DNA from: Octopus vulgaris
Lineage: Eukaryota
Direction of reading: 5' to 3'
NCBI GenBank assembly: GCA_951406725.2
Contig: OX597819.1
Span: 64,294,001 to 64,358,000, forward strand
DNA: 64,000 bases
The notes under the pieces were generated by a model. It was given only the letters and a program-made list of their open reading frames with translations, did not search any database and was not told the DNA's origin. Positions 38,489-51,339 of the stretch are shown here, piece after piece. Each line of letters opens with the position of its first letter. Position 1 is the stretch's first letter. Position numbers and translations under genes: made by a program.

Positions 38489-41476
38489 TCACGAAAGCTT
38501 TTTAGCGACTGCCATTTGGTGCATGAGAGAGTTCGATGCAGCTGCACTCATCTGCACCTCCTGCCGTGAAGTTGGTTCATCTGGGACACCTGACAAGAAG
38601 AGATCCAGTTTCATTTTAAAGACATCTGCATCCACCCCATGCAGGTCTCTCAGGTTCTTCGGGAGGATATTGAAGAGCTGTGGGCCTCGGAAGCCCAGGT
38701 TATCACAGTATCTTATCCTACATATTGATGGCAAATTTGGAGTCCTAGGCACCACGCAGGGGCGCCCAGTTCTGGCATTTGTGTAACTCTCGATACCAAA
38801 GTTTGGGACACGTCCCTCCAGGATCTTCCAGATGTATATTATGGCATATCTTTCCCGCCTACGCTCCAAGGAATATAGTTTTAATCTCTTGAGTCTTTCC
38901 CAGTAGCTTACATTCTGCATAGAAGCTATCTTCTTCGTGTAGCTACGTTGGATCGCCTCGAGTTCTGTGATCAACTTGACACTGGATGGTGACCATAACT
39001 GGGAGCAATAGTCAAAGTGGCTTAGGACAAGTGTCCTCCAGAGGACCATCATGGTTTCTTGTTCTCTTGTTCTAAAGGTTCTGAGAATCCATTCGGCCAG
39101 TCGTCTACATTTCATTGCCAATTTAGCAACATGTACACGAAAGGTTGCGTCATCACTCATGTAAATACCCAGGTCACGCACTGATTGTGCCTCTGGGATT
39201 GCTATTCCTCCGGGTCCAGTGTATTCATTGGGTATTGCATTTAGTTTTGCATGCTGATAGTATAAAGCTTGAAACTTTTCAGCATTGAACTGCATGCTAT
39301 TCTTTTCAGCCCACTTGTATATTTTGTCCAGCTCACATTACAGGCGTTTAGTGTCCTCAGGGTTCTGTATTGCCTGTGAAACTTTTGTATCATCTGAATA
39401 ACTTGTGATCGTGGATCTCTGCGTGGCTGAGGGCATGTCTGAGAGGGCCATTATGAACAGTAGTGGTCCCAAAACAGTGCCCTGCGGAACACCGCTCACT
39501 ATTTGCGTGTTAATGGAAGTGGCCCCATTGGCTACTACCACCTGACTTCTATCTTTCAGAAAGTCATGAAGCCATTCTCCCAGTTTTCCAACTATGTTGA
39601 GATCACGCAGTTTGTGACATATCATTCCATGATCGACTTTATCAAAGGCCTTTGCAAAGTCGAGATATATCACTTCCACATTTGAGTGGTTGAGCAGCCG
39701 TTTCAGCACCCAGTCATAGTGTTGTAGGAGCTGAGTTAAACAGCTTCTCCCTGGTTGGAAACCATGTTGGGTGTCGGGCAGCAAGTCATTTTCTTCAAGG
39801 AAGGTGATCAGTTTCCTTCTGACTATTCGTTCCATGACCTTGCTGATGTGTGAGGTCAGAGAGATAGGTCTGTAGTTCTTGGCCTCCGCTCTGCTACCTC
39901 CTCTATGAATGGGGCATAATTTATCTTCCTTCAGTTGTCTTGGAAGTTTGCCATCTGCAAGGAAGCTCTGAAAGAGGAACTGCAGTGGTCTTGCTAGGAC
40001 TCTCTTACATACTTTTAGGAGGATTGCCGGGAATCCATCGGGGCCAGTAGCTGAGTCTGTTTTCATTTCATCTATAGCCTTTATTACATCGTCTTCCTTT
40101 ATATCGATGTAATCTATCGTCGCCGCCTCTGATTTTATATCTGCAGTGGTAAAGAAGTCAGTTGGATTGGTGATTTGGAGATGCCCAAGGGGTGGAGTGA
40201 AAACACTCTTGAATTGCTCATTCAGTATTTCACTTACCCTCATTGGTTTTCCAGTAAGTGTGCCATCCTTTTCAAGGAGTGGCCCTATCCTACAGTGCGC
40301 CGTAGCTGTTTCTTTGGCATACCTCTAGAAAGCTCTGGGGTTAGATTTTATGTTGTCTATAGCCCAGGCTTTTTTGTCTGCTCTTTCCTTTTCATGGGAG
40401 AGTTGCAGACATTTTTCAATTTCCAACAGTTTTATTCTCAGGCGGGACTTTTCACTGCTTTCAATCTGTTTGTTTAGGCGATTTGAAATTTTTGTACGCC
40501 GTCTCATTAAAATTTTCCTCTCTCTGGGGATTTTGTTCTTGTGTACAGTGGCCTTTCTCTCTGGGACACATTTGTAGCATATGGCTTGCATTACAGACAT
40601 GAATCGTTGAAGTTTCACGTCGATGTCTGGCGAGGAGAGACATTTAGGCCAGTTTTGTTTGAGGATCTCTTTCTCAATGTGTTTCCAGTTTGCCTTATGA
40701 TAGTTCAAGCTGGAAAGATTCTGAGGGTTTCTTGTAGGCTGCATGTCTGTGCTCTCTTTTGGCCCGTATATGGTCAGCTCTACCATGTTGTGATCCGAGA
40801 GTAGTGTCGGTGTCACTTTCACATTATGAATGAGATCCATATTATTTGTGAAGCAGAGATCCAGTGTGTTACCTGCCCTGGTTGGTTGGAGTATTACTTG
40901 CTCCATGTACAGGGTGTTGATGAGGTTCAGGAAGGACCTCGCCTGTCCTCGTTCACATCTTGTCATTCCTGGGAGAGAAAGGCCCTCAGGGCCATCTGAC
41001 ATTGGGTAGATTGAAGTCTCCCATGAGAAGTACACTTATGTGTTGTTCTAATGTGATTAGAACTTCTATTTTTATAAGGCAGTCTTCAAACTTGCCTACA
41101 TGGCTTGGAGCATCTGGAGGGCGATATGTAGCACACACAACTACATCAAGTTGCCTTATGTGTACAATTAGTGTGTCACACACCGAGTTTGAGTATGACA
41201 AAAGGACCTGGGGTGTGAGGTCCTCACGGATGTACATAGCAACTCCTCCACGACTCCTTTCTTTTCTGTCGGTCCGTAGTACAACATACTGTGGTATGTG
41301 TAATTCCGCATCTGCTATGTCAGGTGCGTTTCCGTAAGTGCTATGCATAAGGCTTGATTGCATGCGACAAAGTCTCTCAAGAACGGTTTTTTTTTCCTGT
41401 TACTGAGCGTTTGCAGTCCTCTGATGTTCAGTAGGAGCATCGAGGTGAGGTGTATGTTGTTGCCGGCGGTGTCCAT
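38489..41476 (-). pseudogene. LINE ORF2: apurinic-type endonuclease plus reverse transcriptase (frameshifted, with stops)
   Basis: APE motifs LNIRGL, IALTETHL, RGGVAMYI, YRPP, MGDFNLP, PTRAGNTLDL, SDHNMV. RT motifs NYRPISLTS, QHGF, YLDFAKAFDKVDH, GVPQGTVLGPLLF, YSDD, RDLG, YSLERRRERY. Split across five ORFs. Confidence 0.95.
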
Positions 41477-42150
41477 CTTGGGTCTGTTTGCTGTGGTGGT
41501 CTTGTATATTGTAGGTAGTCCCACCTGCGAGCTTGGGTTTGATGAAGCCAGGTCAGCTGCTGTACAATCTTTTGTGCCATGCACAAAAAAGTTTCTTGCT
41601 CAGCAGCTGCCCTTTCAACAACATCATGTTGGCGGTTTGTGGCACGCGCCACATCTGCGTACCTCCGTTTTGGGGCAGGTGGTTCGTGGTCCATCCCTTT
41701 TCCTTGTGTTGATGGTTTGTTTCTTATCTGTTTCGTGTCTCTGCGGCAGGGTCCCCGATGTGCAAAGCGGCAGCCTGCACCTTCCTCTCCATGCCATCAG
41801 GTACCTCTCAGGTAGAACCTACACACCCGTGTGCGCTGTTTGTTTCCATCCTTTGCGGTTCCACTTCTATTCCTGGCTGTTTCACCCTTTGGTCCTGCTT
41901 GAGCTTTTCCTTTAGCTCTTTCAGTCCTTCTTTTAGTTCTTCCTCCCTCTACTTCTTCCCTGGGTTCTCCATCTCCATGGCCCTTGCTGCCGGTAGAAGC
42001 ACTTGCACTTGGGTTCACTTCCCTGGCAGGTTTCTCACTCAAAACCCCTTCCCGGGTGTCCACCAGGTGGGGGTGACTTCTTTCATCGTCTCCATCCTTG
42101 CCATCTTTGCCCTGCTCGTTCTCCATCCTTGCCATCTTTGCCCTGCTCGT
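41428..42150 (-). pseudogene. LINE ORF1 with a CCCH zinc finger, one in-frame TGA
   Basis: ORFs 41797-42183 and 41428-41694 are in the same frame. Read-through gives CRFYLRGT*WHGEEGAGCRFAH, i.e. C-x7-(C)-x8-C-x3-H. Confidence 0.8.
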
Positions 42151-42514
42151 ATATATATATATATACAGATTACATTTAAACATATAAGAGATGGCCCTAA
42201 TAGGACATCTGACTCACTAGAAAGAGCAGTTAAATTCCAAACCACTAATAGTTGTAATTCTGAAAGGAAATGAGAAATAAAAACGTTTACCCTATCTTTC
42301 CTGGACTATGCATAGTTTCGGCAATCTTTAGCAAATAAAAAATGAATTTAAATTTACAACTGGCGTTGCCATCTTCAGCAGAAACCCAATTTTTAAATGT
42401 ACACTTCAGCAGGAAGCCAGTGTTTAAATGTACACTGTATTTCTCTATGAGTAGACCACTGGTAGCAAATAAATTTTTCTAAAGTTTTTTTGCTACACTT
42501 TATATATATATCTA

Positions 42515-42690
42515 TAAGTACAAAATTGGACAAGACGCAAAACATCCGGACAGTTAGGTGTTATAAAACATCCATATTGACGATACAAAGAAAACGATGA
42601 CGGGCCATTCGAAGTTTTTTCCTCAGTCGAGTTCAATATTATCTTCACGATTTCGGCCTGATTATACTCAGGTTTGCTCGACGGACGCTC
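42515..42690 (-). mobile_element. Penelope-like terminal repeat fragment with a degenerate permuted hammerhead-like motif
   Basis: Minus strand GAGCAAAC-CTGAG-TATAATCAGGCC-GAAAT-CGT...CTCGA-CTGAGGA followed by a T-rich tail. Confidence 0.4.
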
Positions 42691-43221
42691 GTCTTATCCA
42701 GTGGTAATTGCGTCCATAAGGCCGCATATTGTGATGAACTAAATCTACCAAAATTATAAAGGATCACCGAGCTCCATGAAAGTGTTTGAACCGTTCTTCC
42801 ACCACTTAAGTTTGTATTCTTGTCACTTAGAAATATTAATATAAATATCTACATATTTATACATAAACATTCATCATCTGAAAGTTCCTACTGTTTGCTT
42901 TCTCTGGTTTTGCATGTAATACCTATTTTGTATTTGACGAATTTAATATAGTTTATCCGCATAATTGCCCCCCTCTCCCTCTCCCCATATATAGCCCACG
43001 CGCAAACCAATTGGTTCGTTTCGGTCTCTTACTTTATTATTATTATTAACTTCTTATAATCATCACATAATAATGATCTTTATAACTCGTATTACTACCT
43101 CAGTCAATCTAAATGTATATATTTGTCACTACCTGTCATAAATAGCCTTTTTCTATCTGCAATATGCATTTTCGTTGATTTTTCATATTTTACCCTTACA
43201 TTTCCACGTGTATTTTATATC

Positions 43222-43277
<56 letters not shown>

Positions 43278-43283
43278 GATCAG

Positions 43284-43329
<46 letters not shown>

Positions 43330-43918
43330 GATCAGTTAATTATTTTAGTCAACATATCCCACACTCAGATTCGAACACTTATTACAAAAATCCTTTATCT
43401 TTTCTAACCCCTGTGAACAACTACGAACTTTGGGCCTCCCACCAAGCATCTCTCTATACCTATAAAAGCAGGAACTTTTCAGCACTCCCACCACTGCATA
43501 TACACAAATTCCAATTTCCTTAACATATAAATCATCCTGAAAAATACCGATGTCATATACAACTTCGTCATATAGGCTTTCAACTTTCTTTTAGCGTAGA
43601 GTCACATTCTACACATTCACTTGTAATTTCCCCGACGTGGTCTGACATTATCTAAGTAATAGAACAGTATCCCTTTAATTTTCTTCAACTGACATTCCGA
43701 AATTGTTCGCGTAGTCAGGTAGTCATGTACATCATTATACAACGTTTTCTACGCCATGAGAATACATAGAAAGGGAATAACTCTCTTTAACTTATAAATA
43801 TATTCTACTTGATTCTCATACTTACATTTCATCTGGTAGCTACATTTAAGTTATGTATGTATGCATATGTATGTACGTATGTATGTATATATATATATGT
43901 ACGTGCGTGTGTGTGTAT

Positions 43919-43976
<58 letters not shown>

Positions 43977-44094
43977 TGTATATATGTATATATACATGTA
44001 TATTTATATAGAATAAATATGTATATATAAATATATATATATTGACAGGTAGGTACATAGATAGCTAGATAGATTGAGAGCTGCATATATTTAA

Positions 44095-44149
<55 letters not shown>

Positions 44150-44180
44150 TGTATAAACATATGTATATATACATACACGC

Positions 44181-44258
<78 letters not shown>

Positions 44259-45393
44259 ACAATGTTACATGCGTGCTCTCATTCATACACATCTAGGTTG
44301 AGAAATTAATAGCTATAAAGTTAGACATTCAAGTAGACATATTTACGTTTCCTTAAAAGGTGAATCTTCCATTCAAATTCACACAATACATTGTAGACCT
44401 ATTTTCAGCCACACCTCTTCCAACTAAAAGCAACTTTCATAGAACAATGGTGTTAAATTGCTTGTACTGTTTCCCGTAATTCTTTCTTATTCAAATTGAT
44501 TTTACTTGAAGAAAAAAAATATAGGCTTAAAACATAAATAAATAAAACGTGTACCAAATTAAACGAACGTTGATACAATTGTACAGGTTTCATGTGAATT
44601 TCCTTAAACATATTTTAGTGTGTGTGTATATATATATATATACACACACACTAAATGTATATACATATATATGTGCATATATATATACATACGCACACAC
44701 ATATATATATAAATATATATACTACAGCGCCCGTGTATATATGTGTATACACACACACACACTCACACACATATATATACATTTATATATATATATGTAT
44801 ATGCATATATACATATATATGTGTGTGTGAGTGTGTCTACGTCTGTGTGAATGTATACTAATGAACATATGTGTATGTATCTGTGCGTACGTATATGTAC
44901 AGGCATACGCAGGTATACATTTAAACACACACATTCACACACGCAGACATAAATACATATATGTCCGTTAGTATGTGTGTATATATTTTTGCATCTATAC
45001 ATATACGCTCTCACTTGAAATGACTACACATACCATTTTGCATCACACATTGTCCGTCACACCCTACTTAGATGGTGATATCGTCATATAGAATTATATA
45101 TGCAAGTTATATGTGTGTCTATTTGTGTGAACACGGTTGCCGCATTGTCTTTTGCCTGGGATTCTATACATCGTTTTCTTCTCTTGTAGCTGAAATGGCA
45201 AATTGCGCATTTTCATAGACAAGCAAATTCTCACATAGGAAGTATTACCATGTATCTAATGCATAAATACTGCCCATTCCATTGAATTGTAGACTAACCG
45301 CAGACGCATACATCAAACAGGCATATTCATACGCACGCAAACACACCTATATTTATCTGCCTATATAACTGCATAGGTGTCAGTTAAGCCACC

Positions 45394-45444
<51 letters not shown>

Positions 45445-45447
<3 letters not shown>

Positions 45448-46362
45448 TTTGGATGATCTGTACCCATATATGCATGTATATATACATATATGTAAGTAAG
45501 TATATATTCATATATTTATATATTATTTATATTATTATATGGTCGAACGCCACACATTCCTTTTGCAAGTAAGTTTTATCTTAATAATTACGATGCGCAC
45601 TCTTCCTGTTTACTATATCTTCTCTGTCTATCTCTCTCCCACTCTTGTTCTTCATCCTTTCTGGTTTTCTCTCTCACTCTTCCCTATTCGTCTCCTCTCC
45701 CCTTCACCGTTCCGTCTCTCTCACTCCTCCTTGACTCTCTCGTCGCTGACACGTGATGAGAGGGTATCCATCTTTCCGACTACTACATTTACAAAGACTA
45801 AATTGGTTTATCCTGTCTCTTCCTAAACTCGTCTCCTTAAGCGTTCAGAATAATTGTTCCAACGTCTTGTCTTAGCAGCCCACATCGTTTGTTTTTCCTG
45901 TTTTGTTCTCCTTGTTCTGTCTTTTACTGCTTTTACTTTTTTATTGTTTTTACTGTTGTGTTCTCACTATCCTGTTCTTGTTACCACTTTCACCCTCCAC
46001 AATATTCCCAAATTTTATTTAATTTGCTTTGCGGGAATGACTGTTTGAACGAAGTCGCGCCTTGTACTCACCTTCGAAACGCTGAGTAGATTAAACAGGG
46101 ACAACTGAAGAAGGGGAATATTCTTTGTGTTGTATGTCTTGTACACTGATTTTTTCCGCTGTTTCAAAAAAGGTCGTTTCTATGTTTTTGTTTTTATGTT
46201 TTTGTTTCTCATTGTTTAAAGTGTTTTTGCTGTACTGTACCCATATGTGCATGTAAATATACATATATTTGTAAGTATGTACATATATGTATATATATAC
46301 ATATGCATATATTTATACATCACTTATATTATATGATCGAATGCCAGGCATCCTTTTCCAAG
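45445..46362 (+). mobile_element. Terminally redundant non-coding element (~780-795-bp unit), locus 2 of the 14949-15990 family
   Basis: CTGTACCCATAT...GTAAGTA...G(G/A)TCGAA(C/T)GCCA...TCCTTTT(G/C)CAAG is present at 45445-45570 and again at 46222-46362. The body is colinear with 15200-15950. Confidence 0.85.
46041..46116 (+). ncRNA. Non-circularly permuted hammerhead-like motif, copy 2
   Basis: CTGTTTGAAC..TCGC-GCC-TTGTA / CCTTC-GAAA-CGCTGA..GATTAAACAG / GACAA-CTGAAGA-AGGGG. U16.1>C in this copy. Confidence 0.65.
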
Positions 46363-46384
46363 AAAAAAAATATATATAAATACA

Positions 46385-46726
46385 CTCGTTTAATCTGTTA
46401 CTTGTTTTAGTCATTTGTCTGTGGCGAAACTGGAGCACTGCCTTTAGTCGAGAAAATCGACACCAGGATTATTCTTTGTAAACCTAGTATTTATGCTATC
46501 GGGCAGTTTTGCCAAACCGCTGAGTTACAGGGATGTAAACACACCACTATCGTTTGTCAAGCGATGTTAAACACAGACACACAAACATACACATGCATAC
46601 ACATATACACAAGGTTTTAGTTGGCCCGAGGTTGTAGTAGAAGACACTTGCCTAAGGTACCACACAGTGGGACTGAACCCGGAGCCATATGGTTGTAAGC
46701 AAGCTACTTACCACACACCCGTTCCT

Positions 46727-46727
<1 letters not shown>
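46385..46727 (-). mobile_element. SINE family A (internal deletion)
   Basis: Reverse complement head GTGTGTGGTAAGTAGCTTGCTTAC...GGTTCAGTCCCACTG and tail GGCAGTGCTCCAG...AATGACTAAAAC. Confidence 0.85.
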
Positions 46728-46772
<45 letters not shown>

Positions 46773-46901
46773 CAAGAGACGGGCTAACAATTCCAGTCTG
46801 TTATATATTTTGAGTATTGTTATCACTAGCGATATCAAGATATAGCTTCGTATTTTGTATTTTATGTGTAGATGAATATATATACATGTAATATGTACAC
46901 T

Positions 46902-46939
<38 letters not shown>

Positions 46940-46943
46940 AATT

Positions 46944-48786
46944 CTAGCAAACATACCCTCAGTTAACGAAGTTAAAGAGAATAATGAAATTTAAAAACGC
47001 AATCTTAACTGCAAGTAGCTGAGATACCAACTTTGTACATTAATTACTCCCCAGCCCATGACACTCTGGAACATAGACGTTAAGTGAAATTTTAAAAGAA
47101 ATTTTCAACTTATATATGTATACGAAATAAATACACGTAATCCAAAATTACGTTTTGTCTAGCTTATTTAGTAATCGAAAAACAGGTACAGATTATAAAG
47201 AATGCCAGGCCGATTATGGTGATTAATGTGACAGAGATAGTAGAGAACCAATCTGATGATAGAGCTTACATTGTATCTCGAAAGTTTGCACGAATCCTGG
47301 CTCAGTTAAATCTCTTGTTGCTCCAAATGATGTCTTCTCCAGTGCTGCGTTGTATTGTCTAATTTTGTTTTGGAAATGCTTGGACTCTTGGTTAGTTGAC
47401 GACAACAGTTTCTTTAATGGCTTTGGAGGTTGGGGGATTGCAAGAAGTTTAACCTTTCCACCACTGCAGCACAGTGCAAATGTCTTTCGGGTCACATGCT
47501 TGCTTTAAAACGTATCCACTCATTTGTCATTGCACCAATAGAAACTCTAGTGTCATCTATGTAATGAACTGCTGGAACATAATTGAACGCTGCTTCATAG
47601 AAGTTGCTTTCCGAGCTGTTAAAACTGCTCTTCGTTCTGCATTCGTATATTAATTATACCTTGTCGGCCGCACACACCTCTGTTCACCACTTTGAGATGC
47701 TCTGGCTTTTGAAGTGCACATTCGTTTCTTGGTATGCTTCCATTTCTGAAGCTGTCTCCCTTTCGTTGGACAGAGATATTCTTTTGGCTGACCATGACAT
47801 TGTAGACACATTTAACACTTCCTTTCTAGGCATGCTTATATACATATAAACGGGTGCAGAAGATAGTAAACAATGAAAATAACTGGGTAACGGAAATTAT
47901 ATTTTTTGATACGACCGGTAGAAAGTAACTAAGAAATTTTTACGGAAAATAACGAATTTTACAGGTTGAGGTGAAATTTGTCACATAGGGAAACAAAGAG
48001 TTATTATCGAAGAAACCAGAAAAAATACCGTTAATTACTGAAAGACATAAAACTTGAAAAAGTAAATAAGAAATGTTAAGGGTAATTAACTAAGTGTACG
48101 GATTTAAATGAAATTTTTTATGCTACTTCTGTCAGTAAATTATGAATTTACTTTCATCAGTAATTGTGAACTTCTTTCTGTCAGTAGTTTATCGCTGTTG
48201 TTTGTATGTAGCGATTAAAAACTTACAGTAGAAAAAATAGCGATTGAACTTAAAGTGAAAAATATAGAGAAAGAGTAATATATATATATATATATATTAT
48301 AGAAACAGAGATAGAGAGAGCTAGTTAGACAAATAGTATATAGATAGATAAGATATAGACAGATAAATATATAAATAGAAACAGATAGAGAGATATATAT
48401 AGAGAGCGAGACAGATAGAGCGATATAGATAAATGTAAACCTCAATGACGCTACAAGACCAGAAGTAAATATTAAAAAACTTTCAAATATTTGAATGTAA
48501 TATAAAATGCAATATTTTAATTTTTTATGACCAATGGATGTAAGGGAGACAATCAATTTCTGAAACTTACTTCATAAAGTGTTACATCCCTTCTTCAAGG
48601 AACCAAGGATCAGGTGTTTTCTATCCCCAGGGTGCTCATTACACATTATATGAAAACGTGTGAGAATCTATGACCATACATAAAACATAAGTAGCATATT
48701 TTCCCAGTTTGGAGAAAATTTAGTTGAAAAATACTGCCTTTATAATCTTTTACACACACAGACAGAACGGGATTTATATTATAGAT
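46944..48786 (-). mobile_element. Internally deleted Helitron
   Basis: Minus strand starts A|TCTATAATATAAATCCCGTTCTGTCTGTG (~48786), ends ...GAGGGTATGTTTGCTAG (~46944), and contains the RepHel N-terminal remnant. Confidence 0.75.
47223..47834 (-). pseudogene. Helitron RepHel N-terminal (zinc-binding/helitron_like_N-proximal) remnant
   Basis: CCSGGKVKL..PQPPKPLKKLL..HFQNKIRQYN..TSFGA..YHQIGSL; upstream AAFNY..VSIGAM and a MPRK start. Confidence 0.88.
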
Positions 48787-48821
48787 ATATACCTTTGCAT
48801 GCGTGCATGTGTGCGTGTACG

Positions 48822-48888
<67 letters not shown>

Positions 48889-49019
48889 GAACATATATAT
48901 GTATATGTGTGTGTTTGTGTGTGTGTATCTTCTCTACACCTATCTATACACTATATGCGCATGCTGCACATGCTGCTTGAGAACACTTATTTATTAGTAC
49001 GTTACAATCCTTGAAACCA

Positions 49020-49837
49020 ACTAACTCTTCTACATCCTCAATGCCAGACGAAATTCTTACATAAAATCGTCACTGACTTGTAGTCGTTGTTTCCAACAGA
49101 CAGCGATTTTGAGAGTTCGTAAATGTTTCATGCACTTTCGTGAAGAAAGTTTTGATTGAACTGGGAGTCTTGTTAAAAATGTTTGAATGCTCTAAAAGGA
49201 AATACTGTTCTCAATATTTGGACACTATAGTGTCCGAATTTTCTCCTCTGTATTTCCTCCAAGCTGTTGAAACATTATTGATGCTGTTCTCGAAGATCGA
49301 TAAGGTCTATTCCCAAAGGACTTCATGTGTCATATTGGATTATGAGAAGTGTGGTGAACGGCAATATTCGATACAATTTGCATGCAAATAGGAGATGCCA
49401 ATACATGTCTGCAAAACACAAGTGATCCTTACCAAACGGTTACATTGGCTCTTCTTTGATAAAACAAAATCCATAAATATCAAATGGAAAACCAAGCTAA
49501 TATCAAATGGTTACGTGCGGACATTTTTGATGTCCACTACCAATTTTCCAGCTGTTGTGATGGCATCCGACTGATTAATAACACTGGCCAGCTCATACAG
49601 CATCACATTTAAGGCTTCCAAGCACAGTATCTACTCAAAAATTTAAAAACATTATTGCTGTACTGAAAGACGACATTGTTGAAGTGATGTTCGAAGCGTT
49701 TAAGGATCATTTTGTGCAGATATCATGAACTGTAGAAACTTTTATTGACAAACACTTGCATATTTTTAAAAATTAAATAAAGTTAGCTTTGCTCTAGTAA
49801 ATTCCCAAATATCTCCTTAAATACATGTCACACCTTG

Positions 49838-49840
<3 letters not shown>
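49020..49840. mobile_element. Probable old Tc1/mariner-type DNA transposon relic
   Basis: The right end (reverse complement TACAAGGTGTGACATG) abuts (TA)n like a Tc1/mariner TIR. The interior is coding-like but shows no clear motif. Confidence 0.3.
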
Positions 49841-49868
<28 letters not shown>

Positions 49869-51339
49869 ATACCTATTGATACATGTTTGTGTGTGTATGT
49901 GTATGTGAGTGAGAATGCTTTTGTGAGTGTTTGCATGTGTATTTGCCTGTGTATATGTGTGTGTGCTTGTGTGTATGTGTGTCTGTGTGCGTGTGTGTGG
50001 CAGGCTGTATAAGGGAAAGTAAATCACTACTTCTGTGTGTATACTGGCATCTTGGACAAGTGTAAGCAAAAGCTTAGCTTCCCGTGTCAGGGTTAAGATG
50101 AAGACGTCGGCAGCAGGACTTTTGATAACGGACAAGTCGGAGGAGTGCTAGACCAATGGCTTGTTAAAAGCGGAGGATCTGCAACATGACACAATGTTAA
50201 GCTGTTACTGCGGGGGAGCCTCATCGTCAACAGTGTACACCACTTGGTACTTAGCGAGATGACGCAGAGCAGCAGCCTGATGTGCGGGGGTATGGGTGCA
50301 CCAATTGCTTTACAGACGAACTGAATAGTGAAGGGCAACCTACGACCAACAGTCGACAACAACTACATTTATATATATACCCGTTCACATATAAATGTGG
50401 TGGAACTAGAACGTGTGAAAATATATAATTAAGAAATGCTTTATTTCGATGTCGTTGTTTGAATTTTGAAGGAATTATCTGCCGTCGTGTATCAGTGTGA
50501 AGCAGAGCATATTTAATATAAATATACATTTCAATGAACCCTATAGCAATTACAGAAAATCGCCTTCAACACCACTCATTCAGATGCTGTATAGGATTAT
50601 ATATCTTAGCTAATTTACAAATCCTGATGACCATTATATTTTAGAGTAGAATTGTTTATTGCGTGATATAATGTTTAGCCTGTCGGTTTGATTGCAAACA
50701 TATTTAATTTACCTCATACTATATAGCCCTAAATTGTTTTAAATTCACGTGGCCTTATCAGTTAAGGGAATTCGCTGAAAATTTAAGTTGATTATCATCG
50801 TTTGAATCGTTGCGCAGTTGGATTTAAGTTAATCTAATTTGTGAGGAGAAATAACGTAATTTACCATTTGCTAAGTACTTCTGCCACACATTGTCAGTTT
50901 TATGACGCCATGATCGGAGGAAATTTAGGGAATTACTATGAAATTTCTGTTGCGAATTGAAATTAGTTTTAATGTACTGAAGTGCAAGGTTATTCTCTTA
51001 ATCTAGGCTTCAATGATAATTTCCCTTTCACTTGACTAGCGAGAATATTTGTACAATGCGGGGAGCTTTTCATAGCCTGTTCCTAATAAATTTAATGCGG
51101 TATCTCTTGTTTCAGACTATCACATATATACTGCCTTTAGGCAGAACTCAATGGGGCTTGTTTCCCATTTTATGAGGGGATAATATGATTGGATATGGTC
51201 TGATATGAAGTTGTCTATTTACAGATGATTTGTTATATATTTCAACTCGTTAGCTAGATTGCTCTATATTAAAAATATACTATTCTTCTTAGGCACAAAA
51301 CGAAATGCCAGCAGTGGATTTGAACAGAGATTTCCTGAG

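Larger units (their letters stand above)
38411..42150 (-). mobile_element. Near-full-length CR1-clade non-LTR retrotransposon (5'-truncated within ORF1), inserted in (TA)n
   Basis: ORF1 and ORF2 remnants, a short 3' UTR with a CAGCTCATGAGCTG hairpin and (AATC)n tail, and TA repeats on both flanks. Confidence 0.95.

Noticed and set aside
38489-41476. Active retrotransposon or domesticated RT
   Set aside because: Multiple frameshifts and stops, and YSDD at the catalytic motif.
41797-41799. Selenocysteine codon in ORF1
   Set aside because: The element has many other inactivating mutations and no SECIS was identified; a nonsense mutation is simpler.
41358-42273. Plus-strand ORFs of 185 and 171 aa
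   Set aside because: Antisense shadows of the GC-richer LINE ORF1.
46071-46116. Conventional type II hammerhead using GUA at 46086-46088
   Set aside because: No local stem I can form between GUA and CTGAAGA; the permuted pairing explains both copies better.
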